64,000 bases of DNA. It comes from the human T2T-CHM13v2.0 reference genome, Homo sapiens. The stretch lies in assembly GCF_009914755.1 (NCBI RefSeq), contig NC_060925.1. One strand, given 5' to 3'. Under the pieces are notes generated by a model. The model was not told the DNA's origin, did not search any database, and worked only from the letters and a program-made list of their open reading frames with translations. Positions 14,519 through 25,487 of the stretch are shown piece after piece. Numbering within the stretch: the first letter of the stretch is position 1; every line of letters starts with the position of its first letter. Both the position numbers and the translations under genes were made by a program.

Positions 14519-16090
14519 GTGGGTGGAACGCAAAGTAAGCCCACTCTTCTAGGAACTATGTTGAAAAATTTCAAGGAAGGATTTGGTGGAGACTATGGAG
14601 TTAACTATGACACTAGGAAAGCTTAGAACTTTGTGTGAGATAGACTGAGCAGCATTAGAAGTGGGTTGGCCAACAGAAGGAAGCCTAGACAGGTCCCTTG
14701 TTTCAAAGGTGTGGCACAAGGTAACTGGTAAAGGATACCTAGACCAGTTTCCATACATAGACACTTGGTTACAGCTGGTTTTAGACCCCCCCACAGTGGT
14801 TAAGAGGATAGGCAGTAGTAATACTAGTGGCAAAGGGACAAACAGCCAAGGAAGAATCCTGGTCCACCTGCCGAGGGAATCAACTCCTAAAGTCCTGTCC
14901 GACCCAACATCAGAGGATTCATGGCAAGAAACAGCACCAGTGACCTCCCCCTTTTACCAAGAAGGAAGGCCTTCCATTCCTGAGCCCACTGCACCCAAGC
15001 TTCCACAAGGCCTATATACCCCTAGGCCATCAAGAGTAGAAAAGAAAGGATGTGAGGCCTCGGGAGAAACCCCTCCCTTGGCAGCCTGTTTGAGGCCTAG
15101 AACTGGGATACAAATGCCCCCGAGAGAGCAATGGTATACTGGGGTAGACGAGGACGGGCATATGGTGGAAAGGCGTGCCTTTGTGTACCAGCTCTTCACC
15201 CCTACCGATCTCCTCAATAGGAAGAACAATACCCCATCCTATACCGGAAAGCCTCAAGCTATAATTGATTTGCTCCAAACTATAATCCAGACCCACAACC
15301 CCACCTGGGCTGATTGCCACCAGGTGCTCATGTACCTCTTTAACACAGATGAAAGGAGGAGAGTGCTCCAAGCAGCAACTAAGTGGCTGGAAGAACATGT
15401 TCCTGCTGATTACCAAAACCCCCAAGAGTATGTGAGGATCCAATTACCAGGAACAGACCCCCAGTGGGACCCAGATGAAAGACAGTATGCAAAGGCTAAA
15501 CCGGTACAGGGAAGCCCTTCTGGAAGGGTTAAAGAAGGGAGCGCAGAAGGCCACAAATGTTAACAAAGTCTCTGAGGTCATTTAAGGGAAAGATGAGAGC
15601 CCAGCACAATTCTACGAGAGACTATGTGAGGCCTATCCTATGTATACTCCCTTTGATCCCGATAGCCCTGAAAATCAGTGCATGATTACCATGGCTTTAG
15701 TCAAACTACAGAAGACATTAGAAGAAAATTGCAGAAACAGGCTGGGTTTGTAGGCATGAATATGTCACAGTTATTGGAGATAGCCAACCAGGTGTTTGTA
15801 AATAGAGATGCAGTAAGCCGCAGAGAGCACCACAGAGAGTGAATGCCAAGCCCGGCGAAACACTGACCTGCTAGCGGCAGCTATTAGAGGGGTTTCCCCC
15901 AAAGGGGCGAGAGAAGGGGGGCCCCAGGAAAAATACCCAATCTGGCCATCCACACTTGCAGCGTAACCAGTGTGCTTTACTGTAAGAAAACAGGACATTG
16001 GAAGGAAGGGGCCCCCAGTTGAAAGGGAAATGAGGTGACTCTGAGCAAAGGGTCTCAGACAAGGACGAAGGAGACTTGTTCAATCTGCCA
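14519..16090 (+). pseudogene. HERV gag remnant (frameshifts and stops)
   Basis: Start decayed to GTG-GGTQSKPT...MLKNF; ORF 14661-15563 has GWPTEGSLD, DQFPYIDTW and THNPTWADC; degenerate zinc knuckle (C..C....GHW) near 15965-16005. Confidence 0.9.
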
Positions 16091-16098
16091 GAAGGGTT

Positions 16099-19000
16099 AT
16101 GGGACAGAGGGGGACCAGGCTCATGTGCCCCCAAAGAGCCCATGGTCAGGATGACAGCTGGGGGCAGAACATTGAGTTTCTAGTCAATACTGGTGCTGAA
16201 CATTCTGTAGTGACCACCCCGGTTGCCCCCTTATCCAAAAAGACTATTGATATAATTGGAGCCACAGGGGTTTTGGCAAAGCAAGCTTTCTGTTTGCCCC
16301 AGACCTGTACCATAGGGGGACATGAAGTGACTTACCAGTTCCTGTACATGCTTGACTGCCCCTTGCCTTTGCTAGGAAGGGACCTACTTAGCAAACTGAA
16401 AGCCACCATCTATTTTACAAAGCACAGCTCTTTACAGTTAAAGTTACCTAGAACGGGAATCATCACTGGTCAGGCAAAAACAGTACCCGGTCCCCAGAGA
16501 AGCTCTTGAAGGTATCCAGGTCCATCTCAAGTGCCTGAGGGCCTTTGGAATTACAGTCCCTTGTCATTCTCCATGGAACACTCCCCTCCTGCCTGTTCCC
16601 AAGCCAGGGACCAAGGACTACAGGCTGATACAGGACTTGCACTTGGTCAATCAAGCTACGGTGACTTTACATCCAACAGTACCTAACCCATACACATTGT
16701 TGTGGTTGCTGCCAGCTGAGGACAGCTGGTTCACCTACCTGGGCCTGAAGGACGCTTTCTTTAGCATCAGACTAGCCCCTGAGAGCCAGAAACTGTTTGC
16801 CTTTCAGTGGGAGGATCCAGGGTCAGGTGTCACCACTCAGTACACTTGGACCCAGCTTCCCCAAGGGTTCAAGAACTCCACCACCATCTTCGGGGAGGCC
16901 CTGGCTCGAGACCTGCAAAAGTTTCCCACCAGAGACCTAGGCTGCGTGTTGCTCCAGTATGTCGATGACCTCCTGCTGGGACACCTCATGGCAGTTGGGT
17001 GTGCCAAGGGAATGGATACCCTGCTCTGGCACCTGGAGGACTGTGGGTATAAGGTATCCAAGAAGAAAGCTCAGATATGTCAACAGGAGGTACGTTACTT
17101 GGGATTTACTATCCAACAGGGGGAGCGCAGCCTGGGATCAGAAAGAATGCAGGTCATTTGCAACCTACCGGAGCCTAAGACCAAAAGGCAGGTGAGAGAA
17201 TTCTTAGGAGCTGTGGGGTTCTGCAGGTTATGGATCCCAAACTTTGCAGTACTGGCCAAACCTCTGTACGAAGTCATAAAGGGAGGTAACAAAGAGCCTT
17301 TTGAATGGAAGTCACAAAAGCAATGAGCTTTTCATGAGTTAGAAGAGAAACTCATGTCAGCCCCAGCCCTGGGGCTACCTGACCTGATGAAGCCATTTAC
17401 ACTGTATGTGGCAGAGTGAAAAGATGGAAGTTGGGAGTTTTAATCCAGACGGTGGGGCCCTGGCCAAGACCAGTAGCCTACCTCTCCAAACAGCTAGATG
17501 GAGTTTCTAAAGGTTGGCCCCCATGTTTGAGGACCTTGGCAGCAACTGCCCTGCTAGCACAAGAAGCAGATAAACTAACTCTTGGGCAAAACCTGAACAT
17601 AAGCACCCCCCATGCTGTGGTGACTTTAATGCATACCAAAGGACATCATTGGCTAACAAATGGTAGACTAAGTACCAAAGCTTGCTCCGTGAAAATCCCT
17701 GCATAACCATTGAAGTTTGCAACACCTTGAACTCCACCACCTTACTCCCAGTGTCAGAGAGCCCAGTCGAACGTAACTATGTAGAGGTGTTGGACACAGT
17801 TTATTCTAGCAGGCCTGACCTCCAAGACCATCCTTGGACATCAGTAGACTGGGAGCTGTACATGGACAGGAGCAGCTTCGTCAACCCACAAGGAGAGAGG
17901 TGTGCAGGATATGCAGTGGTAACCCTGGATGCTGTCACTGAAGCCAAATCATTGCCCCAGGATACTTCAGCCCAAAAGGTCAAACTCATTGCTTTAATTT
18001 GGGCCTTAGAGCTAAGTGAAGGTAAGACTGTAAATATTTATACTGACTCTCGGTATGCCTTCTTAACCCTCCAAGTGCATGGGGCATTATATAAAGAAAA
18101 AGGCCCATTGAAATCTGGGGGAAAAGACATAAAGTACCAGCAAGAGATCCTGCAGTTAGTAGAGGCAGTATGGAAGCCCCAAAAGGTGGCAGTCATGCAT
18201 TGCAGAGGACACCAGCGAGCTTCCACCTCGATTGCCTTGGGGAACTCCCAAGCTGACTCAGAGGCTTGAAAAGTAGCATCCACCCCCTTCTGGGCATCAA
18301 TCACAGCCCCCCTATTCCCTCAGGCACCTGACCTTGTACCTACTTATTCTAAAGAAGAGAAGGACTTTCTCTAGGCAGAGGGAGGACAGGTGATAGAAGA
18401 GGGATGGATCTGGTTATCGGACAGGAGAATAGCCATACCACAACTGCTAGGAGCCGCAGTCATATTGGCTATGCATGAGACCACGCACATAGGCCAAGAG
18501 CCACTTGAAAAGTTGTTGGGCCAGTTCTTCTACATCTCACATCTGTAAGCCTTTGCCAAAACAGTGGTGCAGCAGTGTGTCACCTGCTAGCAGCACAATG
18601 CTAGGCAAGGTCCAACTGTCCCGCCCAGCATACAAGCTTATGGAGCAGCCCCCTTTGAAGATCTCCAAGTAGACTTCACCAAGATGTCCAAATGTGGAGG
18701 TAACAGGTATTTGCTAGTTCTAGTGTGTACATACTCTAGGTGGGTGGAGGCCTATCCAACACGAACTGGGAAAGCTTGTGAAGTAACCTGTGTGCTTCTC
18801 CGAGATCTCAACCCTACGTTTGGACTGCCCTTACGAATCAGCTCAGACAATGGGCTGGTGTTTGTAGCTAGTTGGTACAGAAGACAGCAAAGGTATTGGG
18901 GATCACATGGAAACTACATACTGCTTACCAACCACAGAGTTCTGGGAAGGTGGAGTGGATGAATCAGACTATCAAAAATAGTTTAGGGAAAGTGTGTCAA

Positions 19001-19519
19001 GAAACAGGATTAAAGTGGGTATAAGCCTCCCTATGGTATTGTTTAAGATTAGATGTACCCCTTCTAAAAGAACAGGATATTCCCCTTATTAAATATTATA
19101 TCATAGGCCCCCCTCCCAGACTATGGGGACTCCCAGGCACTCCTCGAGAGCTAGGTGAAATTGACTTACAGCAACAGCTACAGGCTTTAGGCAAAATTAC
19201 ACAAACAATTTCAGCCTGGGTAAATGAGAGGTGCTCTGTCAGCTTATTCTCCCCAGTTCACCCTTTCTCCCCAGGTGATCGGGTATGGATCACGGATTGG
19301 AACATAGCCTCCTTGCAGCCACGGTGGAGAGGACCCCAGACCATCGTCTTGACCACTCCCACAGCCATAAAGGTAGAAGGAATCCCAGCCTGGATTCACC
19401 ACAGCCATGTAAAACCTAAAGCATCTGAGACCTGGGAGGTGAGACCAAGCTTGGACAACCCATGCAAGATGACTTTGAAGAAGATGACAAGCCCTGCTCC
19501 AGTCACACCTGGAAGCTGA
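16099..19519 (+). pseudogene. HERV pro-pol remnant: protease, RT, RNase H, integrase
   Basis: Protease FLVNTGAEHS...LLGRDLL (catalytic DTG is NTG); RT LPQGFKNS and QYVDDLLL (16637-17326); RNase H NIYTDSRYAF (17682-18269); integrase DLQVDF, SSDNG and PRWRGPQ...WIHHSHVK; several stops and frameshifts. Confidence 0.95.
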
Positions 19520-19541
19520 CTGGTCCGTGCATGGCTGAAGC

Positions 19542-19860
19542 ATGAGGAAACTCATCATGGGACTCATTTTCCTAAAATTTTGGACTTGTACAGTAAGGAC
19601 TTCAACTGACCTTCCTCAGACTGAGGTAGGGCAAAAAGTTAAAACAGACTTTCTGTTTAAAAGGGACTTGTGTGTATAATGCTACCCAGTACAAGATATG
19701 CAGCCCAAGAAGTGACCAGCTTGATGTGTGCTATAACCCATTGGAACTAGTTTATCCCTGTTGGAAAACAGAGTATGTAACTCTAGGAATTGATGGAACT
19801 GGACTGGAAGACCTGGGTAGTGAAGATGACAGTGAGAACTCCCACTAGTGAGTGAGATTC
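19542..19860 (+). pseudogene. env remnant (signal peptide plus fragments; most of SU/TM deleted)
   Basis: MRKLIMGLIFLKFWTCTVRTSTD resembles the HERV-E Env N-terminus; only ~320 bp lie before the PPT (aaagggggg, 19863-19871). Confidence 0.8.
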
Positions 19861-19873
19861 TCAAAGGGGGGAA

Positions 19874-20255
19874 TGAGAAGTGAGGCCATTTCTCTTACTG
19901 TCTCCTGTCTCTGAAGAGGAGGAGGAAGTAAAAGTTGAAAAACAACAGGAATGAAGTCATTGGCAAGACCAGCCGGTGCCACTGATGACCAGGCCTGAGG
20001 TTAAAAGATCAACCCCCCACTCTAACCACATGTGCTCTCAATCTATCATGACCCTTTCATGTGGACCCCCTTAGAGTTGTAAGCCCTTAAAAGGGCCAGG
20101 AACTCTGTCTTCAGGGAGCTCGGTTCTTGAGACATGAGTCTGCCAAAGCTCCCAGCTGTTGAGATGCGAGTCTGCCAAAGCTCCTGGCCGAATAAAGCCA
20201 AATCCTTCCTTAACCTGGTGTCTGAGGGGTTTTGTCCACAGCTCATCCTGCTGCA
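19874..20255 (+). mobile_element. 3' LTR
   Basis: TG...CA ends, preceded by the PPT; AATAAA at 20191-20196; internal 32-bp tandem duplication at 20127-20190. Confidence 0.93.
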
Positions 20256-20400
20256 GTGGGGACTATTCATAGCTTTGCTTCTGCAGGGAGGAAACTGAGG
20301 CCCAGAGGAGCCAAGTAAATGACTCAAGGTCATGCAACAAATGCAGGATTTGAACTCCAACTCCAGAGCCTGAGACTCAGAGGGCATCAGATCCAGCTTC
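20256..20400 (-). mobile_element. MIR, right part of the element interrupted by the provirus (left part ~13540-13605)
   Basis: ctcatttaaccctctcagcagccctaggaggtggg joins gactatt...gaggaaactgaggcccagag...caaggtca as one continuous MIR core. Confidence 0.75.
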
Positions 20401-21539
20401 CTCATTTTGAGAAAGTGGGTGGGAAGTAAGAGATTGTGACTCAGAAGACAGGGGTTCACATTCCAGCCCTGCTGGGCACTAGCTGGTGCCCTGCAACAAG
20501 TCACTAGTCCGCCCCCCTCCCCAGTCCCGTTTTCATCAGATGAATAAAGGGGAGGGCAAGAGGATGGGCAATGCCGGTGGGAGAGGGCAGGACTGAATAG
20601 GGTGGTCAGCATAAGCCTCATCAAGAAGGTGGGATTCCAGCCCAGACTTGAAGGGGTGGCACTGTAAAGACAGCCCAGTGGGAGCCACTGAGGGTCTGAG
20701 CAGAGAGTGCCAGGCTCAGTCACTGCTGGCCGACTGCTGTGTGAGGAGGAGATGGAGGGGCCGAGGGTGGGGGCAGGGAGAACAGCAGAGAGCAGCTGCA
20801 GTGACGGTGATGGTGGCACCAGTGATGGTGGCTCCTACCCAAGAAGGCGGCAGTGAAAGTCATAAGAAGTGGCTGGATTCTAGATTTTTTCCCCTCTCTC
20901 TCTTTTTTTTTTTCCATGTAAACATTTGATGGAAGCATTTTATAAATACAGAATCTAGATGCATTGTGAAGGTAGTGCCAACAGATTGGGTGTGGGATGT
21001 GGAATATGATAATTCAACACCCAGGTTTTTGGGCTGCAGGGACAAATGATAAAGAGCCTTCAGCAGAGATGGGCAAGGCAGGTGGACAAGGAGCTTGCAT
21101 AGACATATGCTGCTTTTCTCCAGACCTCAACCTGGGAGGCTCTGCATGGCCCCACCGGCCCTCCTAACTCCTCCTCATCTTCAAGTCTCAGATGAGATGT
21201 CAGACCCCCAGCAGTCCTCAGGAAAGCTTCCCTCATCCTCCAGGAGGTGGGCATTGCTCCCCATGCCCACCCCAATCCTGGCACCCCCAGCTTGTTCTGC
21301 AATCCCCTGCTTACTTGTTTTCCCTTTGGTCCAAGAGCTCCGTGGAGTCTGGTGCAGAGGGCCTGGCTTGGAGTAGGTCTTCAGTAACATGTGCTCATGG
21401 AATGGATGATTTCCCTTCGAGGACAGTAGGCTTTCCCAGAGAGAGTCTGCCCATTCTTCTACACTCCCATCTCAGCTCTCCAAGAATCAGGGCATCAATG
21501 CCAAACAAATGGGGCTTGCATACCATCAAGGGCCCATCA

Positions 21540-21897
<358 letters not shown>

Positions 21898-22659
21898 CAC
21901 GGCCTGGATCTCACACGGGAACCCTATCCCCCACCCTAAGCCTGGCCCTCACCCCTCTTCCTCCATTGTGTCGGTCAGCCAGGCACCTTCACAGTCTGGA
22001 GCTGGTCTCTGCAGTGGTCAGGATCCCCAAGGTGGGGGGGTGCCTGCTGGCTTGGGCCTGGCCACCTTGGTTCCATGCCCACCTTTCTACAGCTGCTTCC
22101 CTCATGGCCGGCTTACAGTCTCCCTGATGTTCGTAAACCTCAAGCTGCCCATCTGCAGTTGCAATTTCCACCCATGTGTGTGGGACAGAAGAGCAGGCCA
22201 GTCACCCACATGATAGTACAAGCTGAGCCAGCCAGAGCGCAGGAGCCTGGGCCCCCAGACCCTCCACTGACACTCCACATCTGGTGTCTTTTTCTGTCTT
22301 CACATCTGTCCATTTTTCAATCCAGATTTTGTGTCTGAATTCCTAAAAGCTGATACCACTCTCAGCATTCTCCCCAGGAGTTTTGGACCTGATTTTTGTT
22401 TGTTTTCTTTAAATATCTGGATCCCTACTGCCTGGCACTGTGCCTGGCACATAGCAAGTGCTCAATAAATGTGTGTTCCCTGAACAAGCAAACGATTACA
22501 GCTGTGTGTTCTCCATTATTCCATGAACTTGACCTCCTTCCACAGCTTCAAGGTAAGGAACAAAGGCCATGTCCACTGCATTTCCATGGCCTCCAAGTCC
22601 AGCTCAGGGCTGAGAACCCATCACTCTCAGTGAATAAGGGAATAAGGACCAATTACACC

Positions 22660-23100
22660 TGTTAGTTATGGCTGCCTAACAAACCATACCAAAACCCAGT
22701 GACTTAGAACAGCAGCCTTTATTTAGCTCACAATTCTGCATGTTGGCAGTTTAGCCTGGGCTCAGCTGGACAGTTGTTTTGGTCTCAGCCAGGTTCCCTC
22801 ACACATCTGTAGTCAGCTACAAGCTGAGTCTCGCTGAGCTCTCTCTCACGTGTCTGAAATCAGCTGAGACAACTGATCCAGGTGGGCTCTCATCCTCCAG
22901 CAGGCTAGCCCAGGCTTTTTTGCAGGGTGGGGGCAGCTGTCCTAAGAGAGAGTAGACATGCCCTAGACCTCCTGAGGCCTAGCTCAAAACTGGTAAACCA
23001 TCCCTCCCACAACATTCTATTGACCAAACTAAGCCACAAGACCAGTTCAGATTCATGGGATGGGGAAAACAGATTCTGCCTCTTGATAAGAAAAGCTAAG
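22660..23100. mobile_element. Old MaLR/MLT-type solo LTR (boundaries approximate)
   Basis: tgttagttatggctgcctaacaaacc...ttatttagctcacaattctgca...ctgggctcagctgg resembles MLT LTR consensus. Confidence 0.55.
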
Positions 23101-23635
23101 AATGACATCATAAAAACTGAGGACGCAGAGGGGCAAGGAAAGTGGTGGCTTTGTTGCCAGCTAGAGCTGGGCATGGGCCTGGCGCTCAAGTCTGCTCTGT
23201 GTCCCGGTTTGCAGTGGGGGTGAAGAGAGAGTTTGGGGTAGATCCTGGGGCTTCTCCCCTCCTGGAAACCCTGGGATGTGGGGTTGGGTGCATCTCTATC
23301 CCGTCCCTTTGTTTTACTGCATCATAGCACTTACTACAGTCTAATGTGTCTCTTACTTCTATATCCATGCATTTGTAGTCCTCCCCACTCCACAGAATGC
23401 CAGCTCCTGCAGGGCAGGCATCTCATCTTTCCCATTTCTGCTCTCCAGCCCTCTGATGCTGAACGACAGGGAGTCCCCTTGGTCAGAATGCTGAAGGGTG
23501 AGCTGCCCTGCGGGAGACATTTTGTCCTCCCTCCCAGTGGAAGAACAGGGGCCTGTTGGGGATGATCTGAGAAGGCTTCCTGGAAGAGCAACACTAGAGC
23601 GGATGCTGGATGATGAGAGGGACCCTGTGGTGTCC

Positions 23636-23802
23636 CTAGCACCAGGGCTTATGTCTGCCACACCTGGGCCGGCTGGAGAACTGCTTGAAGTTTTTCTCAT
23701 AGGTGGGCAGGCTCTCTTTGAAGCAGTGCACGGATTGCTTGTCACACTCACAGGCCTTCAGCCTGCAGTGGCAGCTGGCACCAGGACCAAGGGTGCATCC
23801 AC
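23636..23802 (-). CDS. PLA2G2C: PLA2G2C last coding exon
   Basis: ctctgtag| acceptor; (C)GCTLGPGASCHCRLKACECDKQSVHCFKESLPTYEKNFKQFSSRPRCGRHKPWC-TAG. Confidence 0.93.
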
Positions 23803-23935
23803 CTACAGAGACACAGAGGGTCACTGGGGGCTCCCAGCCCAGCCCCAGGGTTTGGTTCTAAGGCTGGGGAGAACTGGGAGCTCACTGTAAGGGGCCAAGG
23901 GTTAAGGACAGAAAGGAAAGCCACTGAAAGGGATA

Positions 23936-24082
23936 CGTGTATGCATATGTGTGCATGTGTGTGTGTGCATATGCATTTGTGTGCGTGCATATGCATTTGT
24001 GTGCATCTGCGTGCATTTGTGTGTGTGTATGGTCGTGTGTGCATGTGCCTGTGTATGTGTGTGTGCGTGTGCATGTGTGTGT
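23936..24082. repeat. Alternating purine-pyrimidine (TG/CATG/CGTG)n tract
   Basis: Directly visible. Confidence 0.9.
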
Positions 24083-25299
24083 TTAGGGCTCTCAGCCACA
24101 GCTTCCCTGCATCCTCAAGCCCTTCCCTGATCACATCTGGGCATCCCACGAGTGCTGGAGAAGCCTAGAAGGAATCAGGAGGCAGGGGCGTGGGCTGCGT
24201 GGAGGGCCCTGAATGGGTGCGCCCAGGCAGCACACAGGCCAGGGTGATGGGAGCATTTTCCCAGAGCTCATCTCCTATTTCCAGCTGCCTGCTTGACATC
24301 TCACTTGGATGTCTCAGGCATCTCCAACTTGAGGCGTTCACAAGGGAACCCTTGATATCCTAGTGCTCCCTCTGCCTGTGAGCCCGTGATTCACCCACAT
24401 TCTCAGGAAACTAGGAGCCGACCTCGCTGCCCCCGCTCCTTCCACATTTCACGTCCGGTCTGCCAGCGGGTCCCGCTAATCTTCTCTGTGTTTAAAATAG
24501 CCCATGTTCTGCCCTCTTCTCTCTATGTCTTTGGCCACTGCCCAAATCTCTGTCATCAGCAGCTCTTCCTCCTTCACGGAAGGAAATAAGCAGGGACCTT
24601 CTCAAACTGTAACCCGAGTTACGTTCACTCTCTGGCTTACAGCCCCAGTGTGGTTTCCTATTCGGGAAAGACATGCTGAATCCTTCCGTGGCCTCCGTGG
24701 CCAGGCACACTTGCCGGGATGCCACCCTCACCAGCTTCTCCACCCTCATCGCCCTCCCCCTCCACTCTCCCAGCCTCCCTGCTCTGGGCACACCAGCCTG
24801 TTTCATGTCACAGGTCTTGCTCTGTCTTGTCTCTGGGCCTTTGGACTTGCTGTTCTTTTTGTCTAAAATGCTTCTCCCCAGGATCTGCAAGCAGTGGGAT
24901 CCCTGCCACTGTTTGAGGCTTGGTCAAATTTCACCTCCTCAGAGAGGTGCTCCCTGACCACCTGAACTAAAGCTCTCTCTGGCCATGTCCTCCGTACCCG
25001 TTTGTCTCACTCACTGTGCTTTTTACTTAACTTCTCTTATTGGTTTCCTGGCTTGTGTCTGCCTCCCCTCAAAGAAGCATAAGCTGTGTGCGGCTGAGAC
25101 CTTGTCTAAGTCATCACAGTATCCCCAGCATCCAGGACAGATGCTGCACAGAGCAGATGCTCAATAGAATCCATGAATGAAGAATAAGAGAAGGGATGAA
25201 TGAAGCCTCTATGGGCCTTTGGGGTTCAGTGTCTGCACTTTGGCCGAGTCACCACTAGATGGGAACCTTTTATTTACCTACTAATCAGAGCTGTCGCAC

Positions 25300-25487
25300 T
25301 GTGTGCATGCACATGTGTGTGCATGTGTGTGCATGCGCGTGTGTGCATGCGTGTGCCTGTGTGCATGTGTATGCTTGTGTGTGCAGGTATGTGTCCATGT
25401 GTGCATGTGTGTGTATGTGCGTGCGCATGTGTGTGCGTGCATTGTGTGTTTGTGCGTGTGTGTGTGTGTGCGCGCGCGCATGTGTGT
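25300..25487. repeat. Alternating purine-pyrimidine (TG/CATG/CG)n tract
   Basis: Directly visible. Confidence 0.9.

Larger units (their letters stand above)
13606..20255 (+). mobile_element. Defective HERV-E-group (class I, gammaretrovirus-like) provirus
   Basis: Two homologous LTRs, 5-bp TSD GTGGG (13601-13605 and 20256-20260), tRNA-Glu PBS, polypurine tract, and gag/pro/pol/env remnants in order. Confidence 0.95.

Noticed and set aside
14661-18269. gag, RT and RNase H ORFs as functional or domesticated genes
   Set aside because: Non-ATG starts, frameshifts, stops and lost or altered active-site motifs (protease D>N, RNase H DGS>DRS).
20046-20819. 257-aa minus-strand ORF
   Set aside because: Runs across MIR/L2-like and antisense LTR sequence with no recognisable domain.
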